From assembly GCA_010093815.1 (NCBI GenBank), contig ML996577.1: a DNA stretch of 64,000 bases; one strand, given 5' to 3'. Positions 1 to 12,441 of this stretch are shown in pieces. Position numbers and translations under genes: made by a program. This DNA is from Pseudovirgaria hyperparasitica (Eukaryota). Numbering within the stretch: the stretch's first letter is position 1; each line of letters begins with the position of its first letter. The notes under the pieces are model-generated. The model saw only the letters and a list, made by a program, of their open reading frames with translations, was not told the DNA's origin and made no database searches.

Positions 1-1332
1 CAATCATGAATCTTCTACAGCATTCGGACATCAATGTGCAGATTGCTGGCACGGAGGTACTCTGCAATCTCATGCTTTTTTTCAGTCCGATGCGAGATGT
101 ATGTTGCAGGCCCTCCTTGCGTGTAACGATCCACTAACGAGATGCGGCAGGGCCTTCTTCAGTCAGGGGCATTGAAAACACTCTGCCGAAACGCTCATTC
201 AGCGAACAAGAAAATGCGACTTCTCTCGCTATGGGCTCTAAAGCATGCTGTTATGCAATCAGACGATGGAACCAAAATCCGTTGTCTCGATGAGCTTGGG
301 ACTGGCTGGTTAACTCAGGCTCTGACTGGTGATTCGAGCGACTCCGCAAACAGTGTTTCGGGTCACTCGAGGCTGAACACACAGCTAGGCATGGGTACTT
401 CCAATGCCGCTGGCGAGCAAGTAGACATTTTGAACACTCCTGACGAGTCTTCGATGGATATCGACGACGACGACGAAGTTAGCTCAGATGGAGAGTCCGG
501 TCGTCACTTTGGTGATCCTGCCAGATTAGATCCTAGCTCTCGTCTTCTGCCACCTCCTCGACAAATTCAGTTTGAGACCGAAGCGGAGCTTAAGAGGAGG
601 CAGAGACTCATTAAAACCTATGAAATGGACCCGGCTGTTCGTGCTAGGAAAATTGAATTACAAATCCAGGCACAGGCACTCGACTTCATTCGAAATATTA
701 TCGGTGACGCCAAAGGCAATTATGAATTGATCGACCACATCCTTCAAACCATTACTCCAGGTCGATTTTTCGACATACTGACTGCCAAACTGCGTCCGCC
801 ATCATCTAATGCCTTATCGCTTGAAGTCAGCAAGTCGACTTCACAACGAGAGAACCTAGCCCCTCCGAACGAACAAACTCCTGAGATTCTTCTCTCAACT
901 ATCCAAGTACTCGTCCACATCGCCAACGGTCGCCCCTCCCAAAGATCCCTCCTCATTTCTCACAGCACCTTACTCACGCTGTTACTCCCATACTTCAGAC
1001 ACCCAAATCCTGAAATTCGGGTTGCGATGCTTTGGCTGAATAATAACCTCACGTGGTTAGACGACTCTGGTGAGGCATCCTCGGCGCGCCAACGCGCACT
1101 GGATCTGAGGAATGCAGGTTGGGAGAATGCGGTCAAGGGGCTCGTTGCAGATGGTATGGGCAATCTCGACTGCAAAGAGAGAGCTAAGACATGCATGCAG
1201 CAGTATCATGTACTTTTGAATGAGAATCGAGGGACCGAGAGTGTCATGGGACAAGGGCCTATGGAGAGAGGGCATAGAGGATTGGAGCATTCTAGACCGC
1301 GGTGGGGACAGGAGGGATCTTCGGGTGCCTGA
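1..1332 (+). CDS. Armadillo-repeat protein, ARMC8/Vid28(Gid5)-like; 3' part only (5' end lies outside the window)
   Basis: The exon ending at 98 encodes ...LCNLMLFFSPMRD. Intron 99..150 (GTATGT...CTAAC...CAG) joins it to ORF 142..1332, which has LWALKH, QALDFIRN, HIANG and LWLNNNLTW motifs typical of the ARMC8 C-terminal arm repeats. Confidence 0.75.
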
Positions 1333-1630
1333 GCCATGGGTATCATATTGTTGTTTGTTATTTGCATCAGAGGCGTCAGGCGCACCAGACGCATGTGGCA
1401 TACACACCGCCCGAGTACTGGAGGATCACTATATACACTATTTTTTACACGCGAACACGAGATTGAGCAGGTAGATTAGGCTCAAGGAGCCTCCCATACT
1501 CGAATAGCCTCAGCAGACTACCATTATTTCGTCAAACGACCTAAAATATATATACCAAAGGCTCATAACCAGTCTTTTATTCGGAAGCTCCCTGACGGAC
1601 GAGTTGTGCATCTAGCTCCCACAACGACTG

Positions 1631-3391
1631 TCAGCCCTTTTGAAAATAGTTAGCCAGCGTATTCTTCTGACCCGGCCCTGTATCCTTTGGACCCTTCTTC
1701 GCACTCCTACGATCCTCATCCACCTTCTTCTCCTTCATGCCCACCCTTAAAACTGCCATCAACTCCTCGAACTCCTGGATCCCCACAATGCCTCCACTCG
1801 CCTCCTTATGCCCACGTGCAAAACTCTCCCCCAATCGCTCCACAAGGCTCTCACCACCCTCGCTTGCGACCCTCTGCAATGTCTCGATGATATCCACTTT
1901 GTCCCACCCCTCCCGCCCCGCCGCGCACCGCGCAACACGACAGCTGAAATTCACTCTTCCGGGCAGGTAGCCCGTATTCGCAGCAAGGATAATCTCGAGC
2001 TTGGAACTTTTGAGAGTGCCAGCCCAGCGTGTGGCGATGACAGGGTGAATCTGGCATGGGCTGTGGATGCGGAAGACGGCGATCTTGGCGTCATGCGAGA
2101 ACGACGGCGGCGAGCGGGCCCAGCGCTGCGTTTCGAGGGAGACTTCGGCGCGGGCGTCGAGGAGGCGGGCGCTCGAGAGGATGGGCGCCGGACCTGTGGC
2201 TGCGAGCAGGGCGGACCATGCGGAGAGCACGTCGTAGGTTGCGGTGCGGCGCGGGGCGTTGAGGAGCGGGATACATGCGTTCAGCGCGGATTTGGTGTGT
2301 GTTTTGGGGTCGAGGTGCGGAGAGAGGTCGGGGAAGGGGGGTTGCCATTTCAGGGAGCCTAGGTCGCCGTGGGTGCCGACGATGCAGAGCCAGGCTGTTT
2401 TGCGGGGGAGGGATGGATGCAGCGGGGCGCAGATGTGGTATGTTAGCAGCGAGGATGTGGCCACGGGTGGATAGGCGGAGCAGTTTATGTGTTCTGCGCC
2501 GGAGGGAAAAGAGGTGAGTGTGCTGTGGTGGTGGTCGATGACGAGGGCGTGGTGGGGGGTTGGGAGGAGTGCGGGCGATTCACGGGAGCCGTGGTCGAGG
2601 ACGAATATGTATTTTGGGGTAGGAGAGATAGCGGACATTGCCTCTCGCTCGGATGCGTCGTGGATGGATGTGCCTTTGTTGAGGAGGTGGATGTTGATCA
2701 AGGAGGATGGGAGGCCAAGAGTTGTAAGGGTATGGTGGAGAATGCATCCAGATGAGAGGCCGTCAGCATCCTTATCAGGAACGATGAGAGTTGGGAGTTG
2801 GGCGGAAACACACGCCATGATGAATGTACGAGCGGATTCAATGTCTGAAGCCGGAGCGGGCCATATTATTCCGCCATCGGGGGCAGTGACCGAGGGTGTC
2901 GATTCGTAGGATTTGACGTCAGTTTTCGATTTCTTGGGAGAAGCTTTGTCTGCAGAGGATGGTGCTTTGCGTTTTGTGCCGGCCATAATCGCTTTTACTT
3001 GTTCAGCTTGTTTGACTGTTTTCACTTTGTTTTCCGGCTGAGACTTCTCGACTGGTATCCGCGACTTGGCTAATTTGGTCGTTGCAGTTTTTTTGATGAT
3101 GGACTTCTCTGCTCTCCTCTGAACAGGCTGAAGCTGGGCCGACCTCGATGATGTGAATGACTTAGGTGACTTGAACGATTTGGTTGGTGTGACAGACTGA
3201 GCTTTTGGCTTTTCTGCTTTTGTGAGTGGCTTCGACACAGTCGATTTGTATCGTCTCGATTGCGCTAAGTAAGCCGATTTACAGCTAATCCTAGCTTTTG
3301 AGGGCAATCTAAGCGTTGCTTGATATCGCGTTGCATTACCACAGTGGTATAACAGCTCAGAAGCATGCGAGAGTTCTAGGTAAACTGGCAT
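1631..3391 (-). CDS. DHH/DHHA1 family phosphoesterase (RecJ/NrnA-like fold), intronless; alternative start at ATG 2986 (MAGTKRK...)
   Basis: Motifs PDKDADGLSS (DxD), VLDHGS, VIDHHH (DHH), GTHGDLG, NAPRR, VNFSCR and RGHKEASGG (DHHA1 GH motif). Confidence 0.8.
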   Translation of the reverse strand: MPVYLELSHASELLYHCGNATRYQATLRLPSKARISCKSAYLAQSRRYKSTVSKPLTKAEKPKAQSVTPTKSFKSPKSFTSSRSAQLQPVQRRAEKSIIKKTATTKLAKSRIPVEKSQPENKVKTVKQAEQVKAIMAGTKRKAPSSADKASPKKSKTDVKSYESTPSVTAPDGGIIWPAPASDIESARTFIMACVSAQLPTLIVPDKDADGLSSGCILHHTLTTLGLPSSLINIHLLNKGTSIHDASEREAMSAISPTPKYIFVLDHGSRESPALLPTPHHALVIDHHHSTLTSFPSGAEHINCSAYPPVATSSLLTYHICAPLHPSLPRKTAWLCIVGTHGDLGSLKWQPPFPDLSPHLDPKTHTKSALNACIPLLNAPRRTATYDVLSAWSALLAATGPAPILSSARLLDARAEVSLETQRWARSPPSFSHDAKIAVFRIHSPCQIHPVIATRWAGTLKSSKLEIILAANTGYLPGRVNFSCRVARCAAGREGWDKVDIIETLQRVASEGGESLVERLGESFARGHKEASGGIVGIQEFEELMAVLRVGMKEKKVDEDRRSAKKGPKDTGPGQKNTLANYFQKG

Positions 3392-3747
3392 AAGTCTCAA
3401 CCGGGTTCAGAAGATGAAGTTCTATGTAATGAGTAGTAAATGATCGACAAAGTGATGCTACGGCTCCAGGTAAGAAGTAAGGGAAGTTGAACAGGAGACA
3501 TCAATGACATCATGTGATTGTGCTTAGTCCGAAAACAGACTATAGCGAAGTAGTGCACCAATCGGGTTGGAAGGGCTGATTACCTGTATTGCTGCAACAG
3601 CAGTGTCACGGCAAACATCTTACTTGTAGGCAAATCGCTCTAATATACATAGCATTGGAGGATTGGGTTGAGAGATTCTGCAGTCATTGCAACCTTGGCT
3701 CGAAAGAATGTCGCATGCCAGCGTTGTTGACCTTGCTTCACAGATCA

Positions 3748-6688
3748 TCAACGCTTGATGTTCACATTTCGAACTCTGCCTTTTCTGATGGACCAATACA
3801 AGTCGCCTTCCCCGAGGTCTGACTCCCATCTCCCGCCAGGGCCGAGATCCTTCGCGCTCTGCTCGTTGCCCATAAGCTGTTCTATGATCCATTCGCGTAC
3901 AGCTTGCTTGCCGTGTAACTCTAGATTTGTATCGTCATTTGTGTGCAATTGCAGCGATTCAGGCAGTTCTGGAACTTCAATGGTCAAACGTTTCTTGCCA
4001 TTGACTGAAACAACGAGCGTCGAGGTCTGAGGTCTGAGAGTCCTCAAAGCATGCGGGTCAACTACCGGAAATGGTTGTTCGAGGACAGAAGATGGAGGGT
4101 TTGTCATCCCCGAATGCAGGTTTTCCCAGCATTCCTCTGCAAATGCTGGTGTAATGGGCGCCATCAGATGAACAAGTACAGCTGTTGAGGCGTATTGTGT
4201 GTACTTGGAACAGCGTTGAGCGTGCTGGGCGATTTCATTGGTCAGTTTGATCAGATCTGAAACAACTGTATTCAAGCTGTAGTCTGTTTCCAGCGATTGT
4301 GTGACTGAAGCGATCGTTTCCTGTGTGAGCAGCCATAGAGCAGCGTCGCTGCCATGCAATGCTTGTAGGGTAAACTCATTGAGTGAGATGACGCTATCGC
4401 TCGGTTGACAGAGTCGCCAGAGCTTGCGGAACCAGCGCTGAATGCCCACAATACGTTGAGGTTCCCACTCAAGCACTTCGCTCACTGGAGCCGCAAACAA
4501 CATGTGAGCACGTGTTGCGTCCGCGCCAAACTCTGCAATGCATCCTGCTGGATCGACACCATTATGTTTACTTTTCGACATCTTTTCAAAAGATATGTTG
4601 GGCGTAATCCCGCTACTTCGAATCTTCGGACTTTCGCCATTGCACGTATCTACCTCTGAGGGGTGCAAAAACTTACCAGTTGACGGATCTGAGAATGTTT
4701 TTCCATGAACCATACCTTGACTTATAAGTCGCTTGAATGGCTCCCCGTTATTGTCATTCCGGTTTCCACGAGGCCATAGAGTCGTAGTGGCAAGGAACTT
4801 CGCGATGAAACGGGCATACAGTAGATGTAAGATTGCGTGCTCAACACCACCGATGTATATATCGACCGGCATGATTGCATCGGCGATCTCAGGAATCATG
4901 GGGACATCTGCAGATCTTGGTGTGAGATAGCGGAACATGTACCAAGACGAGTCCATGAAGGTGTCCATCGTGTCAGTCTCGCGCTTTGCAGGCCCGAGAC
5001 ATTTCGGGCAAGAGGTCTCGAGCCAATCCGGTATGTGATCCAGTGGATTGCCTCCTTTACCTGTGAGCTGACCAGGCCTGAGCTTGGGCAGCTCAACAGG
5101 CAGATCCGAGTCGGGGACAGGAACGACACCGCAAGTATCACAATGTACCATTGGTATGGGGCAGCCCCAGTACCTTTGCCGACTGATGAGCCAGTCTCTC
5201 AGACGCCAGTTCTCTGTTTTGAACGATTTTGCATCAGCGCTGAGAGATCCCAGAATTGTACAGAGCGCATCGATCGCTTGATTCGACTGCATTCCGGCGA
5301 ATGAACCGCACGAGTCACCGAGGATGCCTTTCTTTGTGAAGGGCTCGGGAGATCCATCGGCTAGTCCGGAATGTGCTTCTTCGGTAAGACAATCTGCGTC
5401 AGAGCTTGCAGGATATATCACAAGTTTTATCGGTTGGTCAGTGTTCTCCCGCCAGAAGTCGAAATCGCGCTTGTCATGTCCGGGAACTCCCATGACTGCC
5501 CCAGATCCATAATCGTCAATCACATAGGGTGCTACGAATATCGGTATGGCCTGATCTTTCAAAGCAGGCTCAAGTACAGATACGGGATTCTCTGCGTATA
5601 AGTTCGGCAGCCGAAATCCAGATTTAGAATCGGGAGTGAGGTTATGTGCAGCTTCGACGAAACACCGGAGCTCCCGGTTCTTCTCTTTCTCTCGTTTGAC
5701 AAGAGGATGATTTAAAGAGAGAGCTAGATACTGAACCCCGAAGACAGTGTCTAGCCTGGTCGTAAAGACCTCGGCCTGGTGTACTGCATGTTCGTGTTTA
5801 GAATGAATTCTGAAGTTGAGCCTTGCTCCCTGAGACCGTCCGATCCAAGCTCGTTGTTGAGAGAGTACTCGAGCCGGCCAATTACCTGTTTCCTGCATTG
5901 ATGTTAGATTATCGACCAAGGACTCCTGGAAGGCCTTAATACGCAGAAACCACTGTGAAAGACAGCGCTTCTCCACTTTGGCGCCGGACCGCCACGATAA
6001 GCCGTTGGCGTCCACCTGCTCATTTGCAAGGACTGTACCATCGACAGGGTCGAAATTAACCCATGATTTCGCTCGGTATGCTAATCCGCTCTCGTAAAGC
6101 ATCAAAAATAGCTTTTGTGTATGTTTGTAGAATGACGGATCGCATGTCGTGATCTCCTGTGCCTCTAATCAGTAACGCCATAGTCTCATCGCAGATCCTG
6201 ATTCATACTCTTTCCCAGTTGAATGAAGTTCCCATCGCCTTGAGCTGCTCCTTCATCTTCGCAATGTTCGAGCGAGTCCATTCAGCTGGGTCAACCCCTC
6301 TTTCTATCGCAGCATTTTCTGCCGGTAAGCCAAAAGCATCCCATCCCATAGGATGTATCACATCGTAACCCCTCATGCGCTTGTACCGCGCAATAACATC
6401 CGATATAGTGTAGACTCGCAAATGGCCGAGGTGGAGTGTGCCCGAGGGATATGGGAACATAGGAAGAATGTATGCCGTTTTCTTCCGGCTATCGCGGGTG
6501 GCGCCAACTCGAAGCGAAGACGTCTGGCCTTGCTGCGCCCATCGTTTCTGCCATTTCGAATCGATGGCGGCGAAGTCGAGGCGAGGAAGGCTTGCAGCTT
6601 GGGAACTGTGAGACCTTGCGATGCTATTGATCCGAGTTCGCTGTGAAGACCAGCCGCGGTATCTGGCAATGGATTGAACGAGCTGCAT
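3748..6688 (-). CDS. NAM2: Mitochondrial leucyl-tRNA synthetase; exons 6688..6209 and 6156..3748
   Basis: [13 protein letters not shown] (HIGH), [51 protein letters not shown] and KMSKS motifs. Arg/Ser-rich presequence. Intron 6157..6208 (GTATGA...CAG) restores the frame. Confidence 0.95.
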
Positions 6689-6877
6689 CAGCAGACAAGC
6701 GCATGGTAAAACAGCTTAGTCGAAGGAGTGACGCGTAGGTAGCGATTCGTCGCGTCCGAAGCTTTCGGAAGTCCGCAGTTCTCAAGATCTTAATGGATGC
6801 CGAATAAAACCCGCTCCGCACCTCTACCACCCGTTCACCATCGCATATTTCCCCTTCAATCCCCACCCCTCGAGGCA

Positions 6878-7946
6878 ATGATCGCACGGAGTCGATGTTC
6901 CTTCCAGAGGGTACCGAAATCATGTCTTTCGGCATCAGCGTATCGGAGAGTCACCAGTGGGCGCGTGCGGATCAATGTTCCCTCAGCGTATCCGGTAGTT
7001 GAGAACTGTCCTGTGAACACATGCGAATGCAGAGCAATGCCCAGTGGGCTAGACATCGATCAGGAAAAGCCTTTAGGTGGGACTATGCCCGGCTACTCCG
7101 AGCAAATTCTTATCTCAACCGGTACAAACGAATGGGGAAGCCGCATAGAAGAAGATGAGAACGCCTCGTTCATCAGGGACCTTAAGAGCTTCCTCACCAG
7201 AGGTGGAAAGTATATGGATGTACGTAACCTATAGTATACAGTACAATTAATAGTAAGCACCGATACTGATCAAATTGTAGCCCTTCCATAACGTTATGGT
7301 CACGAACTCCTCTCTACCAGCTGATTCAGTTGAGTCATCGTCCGCATCAGCGTATCTTTTGCCCAGCTTCAAGTACGTCTCGCGCATTCCCGTGAATAGA
7401 ACTTCAGTTGAGACGTTCTTGAAAGGGTTCGTTTTACCGGAGCAACTACACGAAATGCATAAAGCCCTTACTATAGAACAAAAAGCCGCGCTTAGGAGAG
7501 ATAGTTCGTTGCAGGAAACATTCTTTGTAAGAGATGTGGATGAGATTCTGATTTTAATCTGCGGGCACGGCAAGCGTGACCAACGCTGCGGAATCCTTGG
7601 ACCACTACTACAAAATGAGTTCAAAGATCAAATGCGTGCGAGTGGGTTTGATGTGCTTGAAACGGTAGCACACCAGGACCCAGTCGCGAGAACAAAGTCA
7701 GCTCTCCCACCTGTACGTGTCGGCATGATCAGTCACATCGGTGGGCATAAGTATGCCGGAAATGTCGTCATATACATACCGCCAAGCTGGCAGGCAAATG
7801 GTCTCCGAGGCAAGGGCTTATGGTACGGGCGTGTGACGCCGTATCATGTTGAGGGAATCATCAAGGCGTCTATCATGGAAGGTAAGATTATCAAGGAACT
7901 TTTCAGGGGTGGTATCACCGAGCAAAGAGCAATTTTGAGACTATAA
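6878..7946 (+). CDS. AIM32: Thioredoxin-like [2Fe-2S] ferredoxin (sucrase/ferredoxin-like, Aim32/Apd1 family), probably mitochondrial; intron 7220..7280
   Basis: CGHGKRDQRCG and SHIGGHKYAGNV (HxGGH) and WYGRV motifs. N-terminal presequence MIARSRCSFQRV. GT...CTGAT...TAG intron. Confidence 0.8.
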
Positions 7947-8198
7947 CAATGTTAGACTAATTACTTGCACATATATCAGTCGAGTGTAGTGAGACTTAGT
8001 GAGACTTAGTGAGGTGTCTACTCATGTGTCTACTGATCAGACGTTTCTCAGATCATGATATCATTGGGCAACCTGAGGTAAAAGTCTTGGCGATGGAGCT
8101 TGGGCCTCCAGACTAGGTACCTATTTGACGCTCGACTTCGCTGGGCAGCAACAAAGAAAGCATCGTACTACTGCGAGACTTACCGTCGCGACTCACGA

Positions 8199-9224
8199 AT
8201 GACGGTCCGAATGGTCCAAAACTCTCTTTTTATGCGAATACGACCGCGATATCTTGTTGCCATCGGGACGTCCATTGCCGGTATTTCCGGGTATCAATTG
8301 TACTGCAAAGACAATCACGCATCTCTGAATCCGGCCACATTCACACCTTTCTCAATAGAGTCTCGCGAACGAGTGTCTACAGCTAGCAAAGTCTTTACTA
8401 TCGGACAAGATGCCCTATCGAACACCAACGTATTATCCGATATCTGGGGGAGGGCTATTTGGAGCATAGAAGTCAAGCAACCCCAGCTTCAGATCGCTCG
8501 GTCTTATACACCACTACCCCCCTCAGATGATGTATCCAATCCGGAGAAGCAGATTCGTCTGCTCATAAAGCAAGAGAAGGGCGGGGAGATGTCAACGTAC
8601 CTACATAAACTTCCAGAATGCGCTACAATTGAGATACGTGGACCACATGTCGAATGTGTGATACCTGAGAATACGAAAGAAGTTATTTTTCTTGCCGGAG
8701 GAACTGGCATTGCTCCTGCACTGCAGGTTGCTCGGGTACTTCGGCAAAGGCCAGGTTCACATGTCTGCATTCTGTGGGCAAATAGAACTATGGAGGAATG
8801 TGCGGGTGCGTCTATTGAAGATGAATCAAAATCTTCAAGCTGGACAAACTGGCTAGGCTTGAACTCAACAGTGCGCACATTTGAGGCATCAACGCCCATT
8901 ACGCGGCAGGGTCCCATTGTGAAACTGCTGGAAGGTTTTCGTTCAGAAATGCCTCAGTCGGAGGCGTCTACTTGCACCATTAAATATTACGTTGACGAAA
9001 AGCAAAAGTTCATAAAGCCTGCAGACATTGTGCAGCAGCTACAAGATTCACAGTCTATTGGCGTCAATACAGGGGCGAAGATCATCTTCGTCTCTGGGCC
9101 TGATGGATTTGTGAACTACTGGGCTGGGAACAAACTATGGATTGATGGGCAAGAAACACAAGGACCACTTGGAGGAGTACTCTCTCGATTGGATCTTCAA
9201 GGATGGAGCGTCTGGAAATTATGA
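8199..9224 (+). CDS. CYC2: FAD/NAD(P)H oxidoreductase, cytochrome b5 reductase-like, Cyc2 family; start uncertain (8199, 8211 or 8232)
   Basis: WSIEVKQPQLQIARSYTPL, GEMSTYL, RGP, FLAGGTGIAPALQ, SGPDGF and QGPLGGVL motifs. Confidence 0.8.
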   Translation: MTVRMVQNSLFMRIRPRYLVAIGTSIAGISGYQLYCKDNHASLNPATFTPFSIESRERVSTASKVFTIGQDALSNTNVLSDIWGRAIWSIEVKQPQLQIARSYTPLPPSDDVSNPEKQIRLLIKQEKGGEMSTYLHKLPECATIEIRGPHVECVIPENTKEVIFLAGGTGIAPALQVARVLRQRPGSHVCILWANRTMEECAGASIEDESKSSSWTNWLGLNSTVRTFEASTPITRQGPIVKLLEGFRSEMPQSEASTCTIKYYVDEKQKFIKPADIVQQLQDSQSIGVNTGAKIIFVSGPDGFVNYWAGNKLWIDGQETQGPLGGVLSRLDLQGWSVWKL

Positions 9225-9717
9225 AACAGACAGTGATGAAATGCGTCACAGGGTTTTTTTGTTACATGCTCACCTTATCTCGATTTGACTCAACGATAAT
9301 AGTCGGGCCGTATGGTGCATTGCATAAGCGTCGCCCAGTATGCCAAATCTGGAGCCTAAGCGAGAGGCGCAAAGACCACTAACAAAACAAGGGAACGCGC
9401 TGCGCAACTACTGTCGACTTCCAGCCCGGTATTTAAGTTGTGTTGTCGAAGCCTCCGACACCGTCATAAGTTCATATGCTTCTTGCCGGCCGCAATTACC
9501 GCACACTGATTTTCGGCGGTCACGTCGGCCTCGGCATCCATGTCCAGTGGGTATCATGATTAAGCAAAAGCGGAACTATCCCGACTGGACTTTATCTTAT
9601 GAAATGCACGCTTGATAATGTATGGGATATACCTGTGCCACCCTCTTCTTCTGGTGTCTTATATCGTCCCAGTATACTCCATCTTGGCAGTTCATATCTT
9701 CGTGAAACACGACAACA

Positions 9718-11423
9718 ATGGAAGATGCTGAAAAATCAATGCCTGAGGCACCAGTCACATCGGCGGACGAGATGCCAGACCCAAATCAGCGACCGGACTG
9801 CTTTAGATCTACCGTTGAGGAGACGTTGTTTGTCTTGACTGCCACCATGGCCGTTAGCATGACAAGTTTCCTACAAGGCTTGGTCATAGTAATATCATCG
9901 TTCGCCGGAGCCGATCTTGACATGTCAACAGCTCAAATTACCTGGATCACAGCATCCTCATCGTGAGATTCCCAGATCTTTCTGCCCTCGGTTTTAATAT
10001 ATTGCAGGCTTACCTCAGGAGCATTTCTGCTTTTTTTCGGCAAGGTCGCAGATATGTTTGGACGCCGGGCAATGTTTATCGGCAGTCTATTCCTGTTCGC
10101 CATCTTCGCACTCGTTACTGGGTTCTCGAAGAGCGCTATGGCACTAGATGTCTTGAACGGTGTACTTGGGCTTATATCTGCCGCTGCCGTACCTCCGGCG
10201 CAAGGTATCCTCGGAAATGTATACGAGAAGCCGTCGAAACGCAAGAACTATGCCTTCGCCTGTTTCAGCGCTGGTAACCCCCTTGGTTTTGTATTTGGCT
10301 CGATCTTCTCTGGTATTGCTACGCAATTGTTCGACTGGCGGGCTTCGTTCTTCCTACTTGCAATAATCTACTTGGTGTTCAGCGTAATTGCCGTCTTTAC
10401 GGTCCCAACCGATAACACCTCAAAGCTACCGTTCACTGTTGAGTCCCTGAAGAAGTTCGATGTTGTCGGGACTGCATTGACCGTTGGTGGCATCGGCTTG
10501 TTCTCAACCGCACTTAGGTGAGTAGCTTATTTCTATACTCCGAACACTCTGACTGTCTGACAGCCTGGGTGGTGATGCTGTAAACGGGTGGACCACACCA
10601 TACGTACTGGCATTCCTGTTCATCGGTGCTCTCCTCCTTGTTGGCTTCGTCTTTTGGGAACTATACTACGAATATCCACTTGTTCCGATGGGAATATGGA
10701 AGGACAGAGAGTTCTCACTGGTAAGAATACAAGGAATTCTAGAATTAAAAGGCCGCTGACTTCCATAATAGTTGATGGGTATCCTCCTGCTCGGCTTCCT
10801 CGCCTTTCCACCCATGGACTTCTGGCTCGCACTGTACATGCAGCGCGTAGAAGGATACTCCGCTCTGCAGACTGCTGTCCACTTTCTACCTATGGCTATC
10901 AGTGGGACTTTAGTCAATATTGTAGCAGGTCTTATCTTACACAAAGTGTCAAACAAGTTCCTCATGGGGCTTGGTGCTGCGTCGTACACAGTGGCATTCC
11001 TGCTACTCGCTGTGCACCGCCATGGGAATTCGTATTGGGCATTCATATTCCCTGCTTTGATACTGGTTGTGTGGGGCGCAGACTTCGAGTTCAATGTGGC
11101 AAATGTTAGCCATCATGCACAAAGGAGAGAGACTTCAATACCATGCTAATCTTGTGATACAGATGTATGTCATATCATCGCTCGACAAGTCGCAACAGTC
11201 TATCGGTGGATCGATCTTTCAGACCACAGCCAAGCTCTGCGTGACTGTCGGTGTAGGCATTTCGACTGCCATCTTCAATGCAGTCTCGGAATCGCCATCT
11301 AAGAGTGGGTACTATGCTAACAATCCGTATGAGCCGTATGCTGCTGTTGCCTGGTACTGTATGGGCTGTGCTGTCATCAGTGTGCTGCTTGTGCCATTCT
11401 TGAGAATCAAGACTCAGGGATAG
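9718..11423 (+). CDS. MFS drug:H+ antiporter (DHA2-like); introns 9963..10007, 10518..10563, 10721..10771, 11105..11162
   Basis: GKVADMFGRR (MFS motif A), AGNPLGFVFGSIFSG, WRASF and multiple hydrophobic helices. Four canonical introns join the ORF fragments in frame. Confidence 0.85.
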
Positions 11424-11685
11424 TCGTGTAATATAGAGCAGGAAGACCGTTCGTTAAAGCAGGGCATACTTCACCTAGAAACAAATTCAATGGTTTGCTA
11501 TGATTTCGTGTGCCGTGACATCCTGCTAACTGACCAGCGTGTCTCGCTGTGTGTGCACAGGAATATATTGGCCTTGTCCGTTATTAGTATCTATAAAGGA
11601 GCGACGCTTTTCGATGCTCAGGCTCAGTCCATCAAGATACGTTCTTATCCTCCACAGACATAAAAACAAACACAGAACACTCAAC

Positions 11686-12441
11686 ATGGAGCAGAACCGT
11701 GATCAAGACACATACTCGTACAGCGAAACAGATCCAATAAACATCAAAGCTATGATAGATGAATCACATCTCTATGAGGTGTACAAGTTGCACACAGAGA
11801 TCTCATTGAAAGCCAAAATGACTCTTTCGGTTCTAATGAAAGACAAGAATGCCGAATGTTCTGAGCAACATGAGCAAAACTATCATCTCATGGATATCTA
11901 CGATGGACGTCTAAAAGATCTATTCTCAAGTCTTGAGGATATTGATAACAACAAGTGTCACTTGCAGCGAACCAAAGTAGGGATTGCAGTTCATGGCATG
12001 GTAAAGTCTCTCATGACACGTTTTTCCGGTAAGACTCCACGGATGTACTCTCCCTTGAAGCTGATGAATTACTCTACAGTCATCCAAGTCCACCGGTCTG
12101 AAGAATTCGAGCGGGATTACGGAGGCGATAAGATCAGTGACATGCTCAAGAACGCCGGGATAATCCGGGACTTCAGTGCTACCCTTCAGAAATTGTTAGA
12201 AACGCACGTCTACAAAGATAATTCCGAGTGGAGTCACTCAGTTACAGATAGTTACAAAAAGATCGTCTCTATGTTCAAGGGGCTGTCTGGGAGAGACGAC
12301 GTAACCTTTAGTGGATCTGGAGAGCGTTTTGAAGAGAATTTCAAAGAGGATTCTGAGGAGGATTTTGAAGAGGATTTTGAAGAGAATTTTGAAGAGGATT
12401 TTGAAGAGGAGTCTGACGAAGGGCTCTGGATGAAGAGTTGA
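11686..12441 (+). CDS. Orphan hypothetical protein (251 aa) with an acidic C-terminal tandem repeat
   Basis: Long uninterrupted ORF, TATAAAG about 95 nt upstream, and an A/C-rich leader (CAACATGG) before the ATG. No recognisable domain. Confidence 0.6.
   Translation: MEQNRDQDTYSYSETDPINIKAMIDESHLYEVYKLHTEISLKAKMTLSVLMKDKNAECSEQHEQNYHLMDIYDGRLKDLFSSLEDIDNNKCHLQRTKVGIAVHGMVKSLMTRFSGKTPRMYSPLKLMNYSTVIQVHRSEEFERDYGGDKISDMLKNAGIIRDFSATLQKLLETHVYKDNSEWSHSVTDSYKKIVSMFKGLSGRDDVTFSGSGERFEENFKEDSEEDFEEDFEENFEEDFEEESDEGLWMKS
12328..12423 (+). repeat. Coding minisatellite, about 8 degenerate copies of a 12-bp unit (TTTGAAGAGRAT; F-E-E-D/N)
   Basis: Directly visible: TTTGAAGAGAAT TTCAAAGAGGAT TCTGAGGAGGAT TTTGAAGAGGAT TTTGAAGAGAAT TTTGAAGAGGAT TTTGAAGAGGAG TCTGACGAAGGG. 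Confidence 0.9.

Noticed and set aside
1687..2909. Many + strand ORFs opposite the DHH gene
   Set aside because: Shadow ORFs in GC-rich coding sequence with no recognisable motifs.
7989..8036. Short direct repeats (GTGAGACTTA x2, GTGTCTACT x2)
   Set aside because: Simple slippage duplications; no spacer structure, so not CRISPR-like.
9213..9224. Cyc2 ending WKL* (and Aim32 ending LRL*) as PTS1 signals
   Set aside because: Not canonical PTS1 tripeptides, and both proteins belong to mitochondrial families.
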